A DNA stretch of 64,000 bases, taken from contig CAVRCF010000005.1 in assembly GCA_963719505.1 (NCBI GenBank), positions 672,001 to 736,000 of the forward strand. Reading direction: 5' to 3'. Under the pieces are notes generated by a model. That model saw nothing but the letters and a program-made list of their open reading frames with translations. It did no database searches and had not been told where the DNA came from. Made by a program: the position numbers and the translations under genes. Positions 1-8,929 of this stretch are shown here, piece by piece. The stretch is from Halobacteriovoraceae bacterium. GTDB taxonomy: Bacteria; Bdellovibrionota; Bacteriovoracia; Bacteriovoracales; Bacteriovoracaceae. Position 1 is the stretch's first letter, and each line of letters starts with the position of its first letter.

Positions 1-450
1 TACCAATTTGAAAGTCTAGTTTTCCACCTTCCATCGAGAAGTTTTGTTCCGTTAAACTCAGTAACTTGAGAGATTCTTTCAATCTCTTGTTTTAAGTTTT
101 GATATTCCATATTTGTAAACGCTCTTTCCGTATCACCGACAGTATCTGAAGCTGATTGGATTGAAAGTTCTCTAAGTCTTGTAAGCATTGAAGATACTTC
201 ATTCAAACCACCTTCGGCTGTTTGAATAAGAGAGATACCATCATTAGCGTTTCTGTTTGCTTGTTTAGTTGATCTGATTTGTGCTTTTAATTTTTCACTG
301 ATTGCTAGACCAGCAGCATCGTCAGACGACTTTTGTAATTCGTGTTCCACTGGACATTTTTGCTAGTGTACTTTCTGTTTGTGCATTACTTTTTGAAAGT
401 GATCTTTGTGCTGCAATAGACGAAACGTTTGTGTTAATACGGAAACCCAT
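1..450 (-). pseudogene. fliC: Flagellin copy A (5' part, runs off the window edge), with two apparent frameshifts
   Basis: ATG at 450 after a GGAGG RBS reads MGFRINTNVSSIAAQRSLSKSNAQTESTLAKMSSGTRIT, nearly identical to 1481..2314. Versus copy B there is +1 nt near 331 (ACA AAA GTC GTC TGA) and -2 nt near 25. Not in the ORF track. May be sequencing error. Confidence 0.85.
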
Positions 451-576
451 ATTACCTCCATGTTTAAATCGTTCTTTCACTCCTTGAACTCTTCCTCAAA
501 CCATAAGGGAGATGAGCATTCTGCTCGGAATAGGTTGTTAATGTCTTAGCCTGTGCGTTAATGCCAGGTTATATTC

Positions 577-603
577 TTTTCGGATTAAAGGAGATTTACT
601 TAA
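577..603 (-). promoter_or_regulatory. Putative sigma28 (FliA) promoter of flagellin A
   Basis: TTAA-N15-TCCGAAAA on the minus strand; consensus is TAAA-N15-GCCGATAA. Confidence 0.6.
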
Positions 604-733
604 TACTAAAGAGGCAATTAATTCCTTTTTTTTCTTAAATTATTTTAATTCTCGTTATTCTCGTCACTTAGCTTCAACTATTAATAAAAATTTACTAGGA
701 AATCCACTTATAAGGGTTTAGGATGGTTAAACT

Positions 734-1417
734 ATGAAGATATTCTTAATTCTCTTCATTCTCTCCTCGACCGTGACTGCAGAAACCCTCTCAATATGTC
801 TAGAAACCAAGAGTGCTCCAATATCGGAGATCGATGGGATTCTATTTCCAAAAATCTATCAAGGACTTGTTAGATATGACTCTACCAAAAAGAAGTATTT
901 TCCTGTTCTTATTGAAGAGATAAGTATGACAAGTTCTAAGATTGTTCACATTAAAATCAAAAAAGATATTTCATTTCATTCCAATAAATACTTTACTCCG
1001 ACGAGGTCTTTAACAACAGATGATATAATTTTCAGTTTAAACAATGCTCCAAAGGAAAAAAATTATTTTATTAAAAACATTGAATCCATTAACAAGGTCA
1101 ATGACAGGATACTGACAATCATAGGAAAGGATTCATTTCAAAATGTATACGCTGGTTTAAGTGAAGCCTCAGCAAGTATAAGATCACAGGAATATTATCA
1201 ATTTTCAAAAAAAATGCCCGATAAAAACCTTTATACACTCTACCCTATAGGAACAGGCCCGTACAAATTTTCAGGTGCAACAAAAGACTCAGTCAATTTT
1301 GTCCCTTTTAAAAACTATAGATCGAAAACAGCACTTGTTAAAAAAATCTCTTATCAATTTTTAGAATCGAAAGAGAGAAAAAGCTGTAATATCAACAAAG
1401 TTATAGCGGCTGAATAA
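734..1417 (+). CDS. DppA/OppA-like family-5 solute-binding protein, N-terminal part only
   Basis: Signal peptide; IYQGLVRY, KKDISFH, LTTDDIIFSL, PIGTGPYKF motifs; only 227 aa. Confidence 0.7.
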   Translation: MKIFLILFILSSTVTAETLSICLETKSAPISEIDGILFPKIYQGLVRYDSTKKKYFPVLIEEISMTSSKIVHIKIKKDISFHSNKYFTPTRSLTTDDIIFSLNNAPKEKNYFIKNIESINKVNDRILTIIGKDSFQNVYAGLSEASASIRSQEYYQFSKKMPDKNLYTLYPIGTGPYKFSGATKDSVNFVPFKNYRSKTALVKKISYQFLESKERKSCNINKVIAAE

Positions 1418-1428
1418 CTTCTTCTCAT

Positions 1429-1453
1429 AAAAAAGCCCCGACATTGTCGAGGC
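1429..1453 (-). terminator. Intrinsic terminator after flagellin B
   Basis: Minus strand GCCTCGACAATGTCGGGGC followed by TTTTTT. Confidence 0.8.
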
Positions 1454-1480
1454 CTTCAAGCTTTTTAAATGTTCTTTTTA

Positions 1481-2314
1481 TTAGCCAATTAGTCTTAATG
1501 CGTTTTGACCTTGAGCATTTGCCTGAGCAAGCACTGAAGTCCCAGCTTGATTAAGAATATTGTTTTTAGCGTTTTCAGCTGAAGCTTTAGCGTAGTCTAC
1601 GTCTCTGATTCGAGAGTTTGCTGCACTTAAGTTTTCATTTGAAGTCTGAAGGTTGTTAGATGTACTAATCAATCTATTTTGTAGTGCACCTAAGTTTGCT
1701 CTTTGACCTGAAACGTTTTCAATTGCTGAATCTAGTACCGCAAGAGACTCTTGAGCACCTTCTTTAGAGCTAACGCCTATTCCGTCAATCCCTAATCCTG
1801 CCATTGAAGAATTTGTTTTTTGAGCATCGAATGAGATTCTATCTTGAAAATCATCATTGTTGATACCAATTTGAAAGTCTAGTTTATCCCCACTTCCATC
1901 GAGAAGCTTTGTTCCGTTGTACTCAGTAACTTGTGAGATCCTCTCAATTTCTTGTTTTAAGTTTTGATATTCCATATCAGTAAACCCTCTTTCCGTATCA
2001 CCGACAGTATCTGAAGCTGATTGGATTGAAAGTTCACGAAGACGAGTAAGCATTGAAGATACTTCATCCAAACCACCTTCGGCTGTTTGAATAAGAGAGA
2101 TACCATCATTCGCGTTTCTGTCTGCTTGTTGAGTTGATCTCATATTTGCTTTTAATTTTTCACTGATTGCTAGTCCTGCAGCATCGTCTGCCGCTTTTGT
2201 AATTCGCGTTCCACTGGACAGTTTCGCTAACGTATTTTCCGTTTGAGCATTACTTTTTGAAAGTGAACGTTGAGCTGCAATAGATGAGATGTTTGTGTTG
2301 ATACGGAAACCCAT
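1481..2314 (-). CDS. fliC: Flagellin copy B (short, 277 aa)
   Basis: MGFRINTN, AADDAAGLAISEKL, QTAEGGL, RANLGALQNRL, SRIRDVDYA. Confidence 0.97.
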   Translation of the reverse strand: MGFRINTNISSIAAQRSLSKSNAQTENTLAKLSSGTRITKAADDAAGLAISEKLKANMRSTQQADRNANDGISLIQTAEGGLDEVSSMLTRLRELSIQSASDTVGDTERGFTDMEYQNLKQEIERISQVTEYNGTKLLDGSGDKLDFQIGINNDDFQDRISFDAQKTNSSMAGLGIDGIGVSSKEGAQESLAVLDSAIENVSGQRANLGALQNRLISTSNNLQTSNENLSAANSRIRDVDYAKASAENAKNNILNQAGTSVLAQANAQGQNALRLIG

Positions 2315-2440
2315 ATTAAATTCCTCCTTGGAACGGTAAAAGTATCATCCGGGATACTCAACTTGCTCGGCGTGAGAAATTGATAAGCTTCCTGCTCTAG
2401 TATAAATTTTGTTGTGCCATAAGTGGCGCAGACAAGTACC

Positions 2441-2467
2441 ATTTCGACAGGCTTCCAATTAACTTTA
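2441..2467 (-). promoter_or_regulatory. Putative sigma28 promoter of flagellin B
   Basis: TAAA-N15-GTCGAAAT on the minus strand. Confidence 0.65.
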
Positions 2468-2581
2468 CAATTAATTTTAACTTTCTTTTTTAATTGATAG
2501 GAATATTTTGCCGGTGCCGTATAATTGCAGCCACTTTGACCCTAGGGCAATCCTAACCTCATAAAATTTAGTAAAAATGAA

Positions 2582-2597
2582 TGGTATACCTATTGCA
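2582..2597 (+). promoter_or_regulatory. Putative sigma54 -24/-12 promoter of the subtilase
   Basis: TGGTAT-ACCTA-TTGCA (GG-N10-GC), 45 nt before the ATG. Confidence 0.7.
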
Positions 2598-2642
2598 ACA
2601 TATCTCGTGAAGACTTAGGAATAGTCTTCGAAGGATGGATAG

Positions 2643-3986
2643 ATGAAAAGGATTTCATTACTATGCATGCTCATTGTTTTGAGTTCATGTGGTAAAAGTG
2701 TTTCTGAGATTTTCTCAGCCCCTAAGACTCAAGACTCAGCTGGGCTTATTGCCAGTTGTAGCACCAAAGCTCAAGCAAAGTCCCTGTCAGAGACTCATGG
2801 ACTATCCTACAGAGTGATAAATGAAAAAAGAGGACTCATCGAATACTATGGCATTTCAAAAGATGATCTAAAAGCCCTCATACCAAAAAGTAAGATTACA
2901 GATAATATCGTTTATGAAAGACAGCTTATCAGTAGTGAAACAACAACGGCTCTCAATATTGGCGACGATCAATACTATGGCTCACACACTCCTCAGTATA
3001 GAAACTCATCATCAGGGCGATACTTCCCTCATCTTCAACAAGTTAATGGATTAACGCTTTCAGGAAACCAAGGCGCAGGAGTAACAATTGCCATTATCGA
3101 TACAGGTGTTTACTACAACCACCCTCACCTCTCACCGAATATCGCCACTAATGAAGCTGACAGACATGGAAATCAGGGAAACTCTCAAGATGACGATGCC
3201 AATGGATATGCTGATGACTATGTCGGCTGGGACTTTTACAATGGGGATGCTTTTCCTATTGATGACAATGGTCATGGAACCCACGTCGCCGGTTTAGCGG
3301 CTGGAACTTTTGGTGGAATAGCTCCAAAGGCCAAAATTTTACCCGTTAAAGTCCTCTCAGGTGGTGGTCGAGGTGATCTGGCCACTATTGCAGCAGGAAT
3401 CCTCTACGCCCTCGATATGGGCGCTGATATCATCAACCTATCTCTGGGTGGCCCTGGAGCAGGAAGTGCAGGAAGTGACCTACAAAGCCTCCTAAGCTCC
3501 GTTAGTATGGCCCGTGACAATGGTGCCTTAATCATTGCCGCTGCTGGAAACGGAGGAGATGATGGTCTGGGAGACTGTAATGATCAGACCCCAATCTATC
3601 CAGCTAATCTTGATTCGGACAATATTCTTTCGGTTGCTAGTGTTGATGAAAATAATGTCATTGCAAATTATTCGAATTTTGGAAGAGAGACTGTTGATGT
3701 CGCTGCCCCAGGTGGATCTTCAACAAATGGCGGGCTCCTCTCAACGGGAATCCCGTTTTGTAATGGACCTTGTGATCAAAATGCACAAACGTATGCAAAC
3801 TCAACAGGGACAAGTATGGCCACCCCAATAGTATCCGGACTTGCTGCTTTAATTAAAAGCGATAATCCAAATTTTGATCATATAGATATAAAGAATATCA
3901 TTACCACAAGAGGGACCACCTTTAATGACCTTGGTCAGTATGTTAAAAGTGGTCAAGTAATCAATGTGGCAAACTCTTTAAACTAG
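2643..3986 (+). CDS. S8 subtilisin-like serine protease, lipoprotein
   Basis: Lipobox LSSC; IIDTG, HGTHVAG, AAGN, GTSMATP. Confidence 0.95.
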   Translation: MKRISLLCMLIVLSSCGKSVSEIFSAPKTQDSAGLIASCSTKAQAKSLSETHGLSYRVINEKRGLIEYYGISKDDLKALIPKSKITDNIVYERQLISSETTTALNIGDDQYYGSHTPQYRNSSSGRYFPHLQQVNGLTLSGNQGAGVTIAIIDTGVYYNHPHLSPNIATNEADRHGNQGNSQDDDANGYADDYVGWDFYNGDAFPIDDNGHGTHVAGLAAGTFGGIAPKAKILPVKVLSGGGRGDLATIAAGILYALDMGADIINLSLGGPGAGSAGSDLQSLLSSVSMARDNGALIIAAAGNGGDDGLGDCNDQTPIYPANLDSDNILSVASVDENNVIANYSNFGRETVDVAAPGGSSTNGGLLSTGIPFCNGPCDQNAQTYANSTGTSMATPIVSGLAALIKSDNPNFDHIDIKNIITTRGTTFNDLGQYVKSGQVINVANSLN

Positions 3987-4912
3987 AGAAAGGTCTTGAG
4001 TTCTGAAATTCTTGAAACTTCTTCACCTTCAAGAGAACCATCGTCCTCTAAACATCTTTTACCATCACTGGAGCAAATATTCACTCTTTGGCAAGATCGA
4101 CTAGAGTAAATATAGTCCTGTTTTCCACGAACCAAAATCCCCTCTACTTCCATGGATTCTGTATTGAAAACAGGTGAACCTGAGTTTCCACCAAATGTAT
4201 CAAGAGAGGTAACAAAGTATTCTTTTCTTTGTGTTTTTAAAACTTCAGCGCCAGCTGCAACCTTTTTTGGTAATCCACTTGGATGCCCAATAACAGCTAA
4301 TTTATCACCGACTTTAACCTTCCCCTCTTTTCTAAGCTTTAAAGGACTAATGTCTTTGACCTTGCGATCAAGTTGAATAATGGCAAAATCTGACTTACCC
4401 GTGACCTTAGCAAAGATAACTTTCTTACAACTATAAACATGACTCGCGCTTATATCTTTGAGCTTAACTTTAGACTCGCCTTTATTAATTTGATAGTTGA
4501 AAACCCAATCATTATTCTTGCAATTATCATTCGTCTTGTTTTCAATCACACCATCACCATCTAAAAGGCAGTGACCAGCGGTAACCAGCTTATCTTCACC
4601 GATAAAGAACCCCGTGCAATTTGCAACTGTAGGTTGATCAGCAAATCTTTCATCCCGGCAAACATCTGCACCCCAAGAATCTGAAAGTAAGGTCACATCC
4701 GTGAAAGAAATAGTTTGTACGCCAGACACTCGCTTTGATGAATACGAATACTTTGCAACCATTCCTGCAACTGCTACAGAAGCTTTAAGTAACTTTTCAT
4801 TTTCAACGTCTTTAACGTCTTGTCTATTATCAATACCGTAAATAACTTTTGGCGAAGTCGCTTGCGCCGAACCTAAGAAAGCGATGGAAATCGCTAGTGA
4901 AACTTTGAACAT
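3983..4912 (-). CDS. Secreted trypsin-like (S1) serine protease
   Basis: Start MFKVSL with signal peptide; VIYG, TAGHC, DFAII, GNSGSPV. Confidence 0.93.
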   Translation of the reverse strand: MFKVSLAISIAFLGSAQATSPKVIYGIDNRQDVKDVENEKLLKASVAVAGMVAKYSYSSKRVSGVQTISFTDVTLLSDSWGADVCRDERFADQPTVANCTGFFIGEDKLVTAGHCLLDGDGVIENKTNDNCKNNDWVFNYQINKGESKVKLKDISASHVYSCKKVIFAKVTGKSDFAIIQLDRKVKDISPLKLRKEGKVKVGDKLAVIGHPSGLPKKVAAGAEVLKTQRKEYFVTSLDTFGGNSGSPVFNTESMEVEGILVRGKQDYIYSSRSCQRVNICSSDGKRCLEDDGSLEGEEVSRISELKTFL

Positions 4913-5089
4913 CTTTATCCCCCGATGGCTCAAAAATCCGATTTATTGAACGCTATGACAATTAACTATGAAAAATATTCAGACACTTTTTGCTGTCTAT
5001 TACCTTTTTACACCCATCAAGCTTCTTTCTTTCTTGAAAAGGTGTCACGTGTTATAAGAACCACACTATTATTACCCTTTGGAGAAAAC

Positions 5090-6550
5090 ATGAAACAGTC
5101 TATTTTGGCGTTTACGCTTTTGAGTTCTACACTGGCCTTTGCTCAGGTGTCGCCACTGCAAGGTCATCAGTCCACAGATATTACAAAGCAAGAAGGTAAG
5201 GTGCTATGGGACTCAATGAATACTTCTTTTGAAAGTAATAGTGAATGCTACAACAGAGCTCAAGCATGGACATACGACATCAATAAACAGTTTGGCTTTG
5301 AAGGAAAAAAAATTCTTATCCATTATAGCCTTAAGTATAACCAAGAGTTAAGTTCAAAGTGGGGATTTCATATCGCTCCAGTTTACCAAACAGAAGGTGA
5401 AGATATCGTTTATGACAAAGGCTTTCAACCTTGGTTGCACGCCCCTCTTAATAAGAAAATGTGGGAAGAGAACTTTCTTGCCGCTGGAACAGACGAGCTC
5501 ATTGAAAAGAAAATAAAGCTCACTGAGAGAATTGAAAATCTTGAGGGAAGAAATTCAAGACTAAACCTTGATTCGCCAATAGAGAGAGAAGAATACTACT
5601 CAAATAGAGAAAGGATCACAGAGTATAAAGCTGAGTTAGTTGACTTTGGAATTACTGATGCTGACCTTTTAGAACAAAAGCCTAAAAAAATAGCTCAAAT
5701 AAAAAAATGGATTTCTTACTACCAAGACGAATTGGTAAGACTAAGAGGCTATCACTCACTCATCGAAAAAGTGAAAATAAAACTAAGTTATCAAAGACAG
5801 TTACTTAAAAAAGTTGAGACACAACTGGCCTATGCTGCTCATATTGAGTGTAAAAAAATAACTCATATCGAAGAGCTTGACTTCAACCTCAAAGGTGGAT
5901 GGTGTTTCATCCAGGAAGTTTCACAGTACTACTGGGGAGTTCCACAGCTTAGACAACTTAACTACGGTGTTAGTCAGATTAGAGACATCCCAGAGAGAAG
6001 CCAACTCACTTCGGCCCATAGAGCTGGAGAAGATTTTATTCAGACTGACTACGATATGAATCAAGTTTGGATTGCAAGAAAACAAGCTTTTGGCAAAGAG
6101 TACAAAGAGATCTGGAAAAAAGAATACGACTTAAAAGAAGCATCCGCTGATGCTGTATCGGATATATATGATGTCGAAAAAGATGTTTTAAAAGAGCTTT
6201 CATCAGCTGAAAAATACCTAGAGAAAGCAGTCGAAGCGGCGGAAGGTCACTCTCAGGTAAAAAATATTCTTTTAAGAATGTCTAGCCTCTTAGAGCAAAA
6301 CAAGGCCAATGCAAAATTGGTGACAAAATCAAAAGAGACAATTTACGAGATTGCCCAGAGCTTAAAAGTTGAAGACACTGAAACGAAGGTCAATGCCTTT
6401 AAAACAGCGAAGCTTAAACTTTCTGAAAGCGAAAAGAATACTGAAATAATAAAAGACTCTATCTCAACAATTAAAGATCAAGTTCGAGATATAGAAAGAG
6501 CTCAAAGACGAGCAGAAAGAGAAGAAAGAAGAAGAAATAGACGTTCATAA
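5090..6550 (+). CDS. Secreted protein-glutaminase-like (papain-fold Cys-His-Asp) protein with long coiled coils
   Basis: GGAG RBS then MKQSIL signal peptide; ECYNRAQAW, WGFHIAP, IVYD. Confidence 0.7.
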   Translation: MKQSILAFTLLSSTLAFAQVSPLQGHQSTDITKQEGKVLWDSMNTSFESNSECYNRAQAWTYDINKQFGFEGKKILIHYSLKYNQELSSKWGFHIAPVYQTEGEDIVYDKGFQPWLHAPLNKKMWEENFLAAGTDELIEKKIKLTERIENLEGRNSRLNLDSPIEREEYYSNRERITEYKAELVDFGITDADLLEQKPKKIAQIKKWISYYQDELVRLRGYHSLIEKVKIKLSYQRQLLKKVETQLAYAAHIECKKITHIEELDFNLKGGWCFIQEVSQYYWGVPQLRQLNYGVSQIRDIPERSQLTSAHRAGEDFIQTDYDMNQVWIARKQAFGKEYKEIWKKEYDLKEASADAVSDIYDVEKDVLKELSSAEKYLEKAVEAAEGHSQVKNILLRMSSLLEQNKANAKLVTKSKETIYEIAQSLKVEDTETKVNAFKTAKLKLSESEKNTEIIKDSISTIKDQVRDIERAQRRAEREERRRNRRS

Positions 6551-6574
6551 TCTTAACGTAAATTGGGGAAAGAA

Positions 6575-7510
6575 ATGAAGACAATACTACTTATCGCAAC
6601 CATGAGTGTTGGCGCAATCGCAGGTCCAGTTAGTCCGATGGATGGCTTTACAACATCGGAGCATTCAAAATCAGATCTCAATCGATTTTGGAATAAAATT
6701 AAAGCCGTAAATAAAAAAATGAAAGGTAAAGACTGTTTCAAAAGAGCAAACATCTGGTCTTACAAGCTCAATCGTGAAGATGGTGTTGTTTCTAAAAAAG
6801 TCTTTATGCACTACACGGATAAATTTAATATCGAATTGGATAATCTTGGAAGAAATGGTCTCACACGAATGGTGGGTGGTATGTTTTCCAGCAATACGGC
6901 TTGGGACTTTCATGTTGCACCAGCAGTTAATATTGAAGGGACAGACTATATCATCGATCCGAAACTAAGAAGCAAACCTGAAACCATCGAAAATTGGGTT
7001 GAGTTTCTTACTGAACGAGGTGAGAGCAGGCTCAAAATTAGAAAGAATAATCTTTTAAAAGACCTTAGAAAATATAGAAAAAGACTTAGCAGAGCTCTAA
7101 GTGAAAAAGACGATGACTTTAATAGAGTGGATAGATTAAGAGAAAAAGTCAAAGAGATAAAAGATAAGATGGACTACCTTGGTCTCAATGAAAATCCGAA
7201 TCAAAAGATCGATATCAAATGTACAAAGATTGAACATATCATGCAGTTTGATACGAACCAAAATAGTGAGTGGTGCTTTTATCAAGAAGCCTCTATGTAC
7301 TATTATGCAACTTTAGAACTGCGTTACTTAAACTACGGGAATCTTGATGTTGATATGAGACATCCCCTAACAAATCCACAATGGCAAGATGAGAGAAACT
7401 ATCAAAATGGTCGCTCTTATATTATGAGAAACTGGGATAGAGAACTTCTTGAAGAGTCTTTGGATGAATACAGACTCAACGAGAGACCTGAGAGTCTATA
7501 CGAAATTTAA
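6575..7510 (+). CDS. Secreted protein-glutaminase-like protein, paralog of the upstream gene
   Basis: Signal peptide; DCFKRANIW, WDFHVAP, YIIDP; shares a C-terminal C.KI.HI...WCF.QE.S.YY block with the upstream gene. Confidence 0.75.
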   Translation: MKTILLIATMSVGAIAGPVSPMDGFTTSEHSKSDLNRFWNKIKAVNKKMKGKDCFKRANIWSYKLNREDGVVSKKVFMHYTDKFNIELDNLGRNGLTRMVGGMFSSNTAWDFHVAPAVNIEGTDYIIDPKLRSKPETIENWVEFLTERGESRLKIRKNNLLKDLRKYRKRLSRALSEKDDDFNRVDRLREKVKEIKDKMDYLGLNENPNQKIDIKCTKIEHIMQFDTNQNSEWCFYQEASMYYYATLELRYLNYGNLDVDMRHPLTNPQWQDERNYQNGRSYIMRNWDRELLEESLDEYRLNERPESLYEI

Positions 7511-7516
7511 TAAGCG

Positions 7517-7545
7517 AAAGCCTCGATAGTATCGGGGCTTTTTTT
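7517..7545 (+). terminator. Intrinsic terminator
   Basis: AAAGCCTCGAT-AGT-ATCGGGGCTTT followed by a T-tract. Confidence 0.85.
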
Positions 7546-7698
7546 GTGTCGTATGACAACGTTATGTAATGATAGGACTTCTTACTGTCGAAATGGTTGA
7601 TCAGGTTTTAGCAGTTATATCCACTTCGCCAATGCAAAGTGTTTACCAATACCTATTGAGATTTAGTAAGGGACATATTAAATAAATTGAGAGATTGT

Positions 7699-8862
7699 AT
7701 GGTTATGCACATAGTAATTTTATTTATCACTTTATTAAGCACACTTTCCTGTACTACTCCATCAAAACTTGATCTCACTTATCATCCTAAAAAGAAAATA
7801 ACTAAGCCTGAAAATTTAAATTCAGAATCTATAGATAAAGATCTCTCTTATTTAATGTACGCATTGAGAAATGCATACTCTGGATATTTTTATAAAAATA
7901 AATTAAGTATAGATAAAGGTATCAATAGACTTCAAAACTCACTTTTAAGCATTAAGTCGATTGACCCTTCATCGCTTTGTAAGTTAATGGCAAATTCATT
8001 CAAAAATGTACGAGATATGCACTTAACATTTAAGTTGGGGGGACACCGCTGTTTAAAAGTTGATACCCCTGGAAGTGTTGGCGAAAGGAAGTATCATTCT
8101 GATAATAAGGCTTATGTTGTAAAGGTAGAAAGATACAAGAAATACAAAGTCTTAATTATTGCCGTTTCTCGATTTTATTCACCAAGTTCTACAGTTTGGG
8201 AGGGAATGTTAGAGTTAATAGATCAAAAGATAAATAATGTAGATATAGTAGTGTTAGATGTTCGTGGAAATGGTGGAGGAGATGATGCAATGGGATACCA
8301 ATTAGCAAAAGCTTTAACTGGCGTGTCTAACATCGTTACACCTTATGGAAACTTGTATAAAGTCGTTACAACGGCAGGCCTACAAAGTCGTTGGAACTTG
8401 TTCTCTCACTTATATCATAACGCTCAGTCCTCAAAGGAAAAGCAATTCTTTAAAAGCTATATTGAAAAAGATAAAGAACTATTTGCTAATAGTAAAAGTC
8501 AAACAGAGATGCTGAATAAGATTATTGATCCGATTAGATTTTCTAAATCAATAAAGCCAACCTATATACTTCAAGATAGAGAATGTGCTTCTTCCTGTGA
8601 AAGCTCTGTCGATTTTTTTGAATATATAAAAGGAGTTATAAAAGTTGGAGAAAATACAGCTGGATATGTACACTTTGGCAATCTTGGCTTTGTTCTTTTA
8701 CCTGAAAGTACAATTCAAGTAAATATACCTTCGACTTTTAATAGTTATAGAGATGGAAGGTTCATTGAAGGAGTAGGAATAAAACCTGATATCAAGGTTG
8801 AGAAAGGAAGTGATGCTTATAACAAAGCTCTAAATCATTTTGAAAATAGAATCTCTATATAA
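7699..8862 (+). CDS. S41 family peptidase, lipoprotein
   Basis: Lipobox TLSC; DMHL, LDVRGNGGG, CASSCE, GENTAG, EGVGIKPD; exact start uncertain. Confidence 0.85.
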   Translation: MVMHIVILFITLLSTLSCTTPSKLDLTYHPKKKITKPENLNSESIDKDLSYLMYALRNAYSGYFYKNKLSIDKGINRLQNSLLSIKSIDPSSLCKLMANSFKNVRDMHLTFKLGGHRCLKVDTPGSVGERKYHSDNKAYVVKVERYKKYKVLIIAVSRFYSPSSTVWEGMLELIDQKINNVDIVVLDVRGNGGGDDAMGYQLAKALTGVSNIVTPYGNLYKVVTTAGLQSRWNLFSHLYHNAQSSKEKQFFKSYIEKDKELFANSKSQTEMLNKIIDPIRFSKSIKPTYILQDRECASSCESSVDFFEYIKGVIKVGENTAGYVHFGNLGFVLLPESTIQVNIPSTFNSYRDGRFIEGVGIKPDIKVEKGSDAYNKALNHFENRISI

Positions 8863-8929
8863 AGTAAGAACTACAGCACTACAAGAATTAAACTCAGTTA
8901 AAATATTTGGCATTCTTTAAAATGTTTTT

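Noticed and set aside
302-487. 61-aa plus-strand ORF
   Set aside because: Antisense shadow of flagellin A.
2480-2580. Possible c-di-GMP riboswitch between flagellin B and the subtilase
   Set aside because: Only a GGGCAA fragment; the GNRA tetraloop/receptor architecture is not present.
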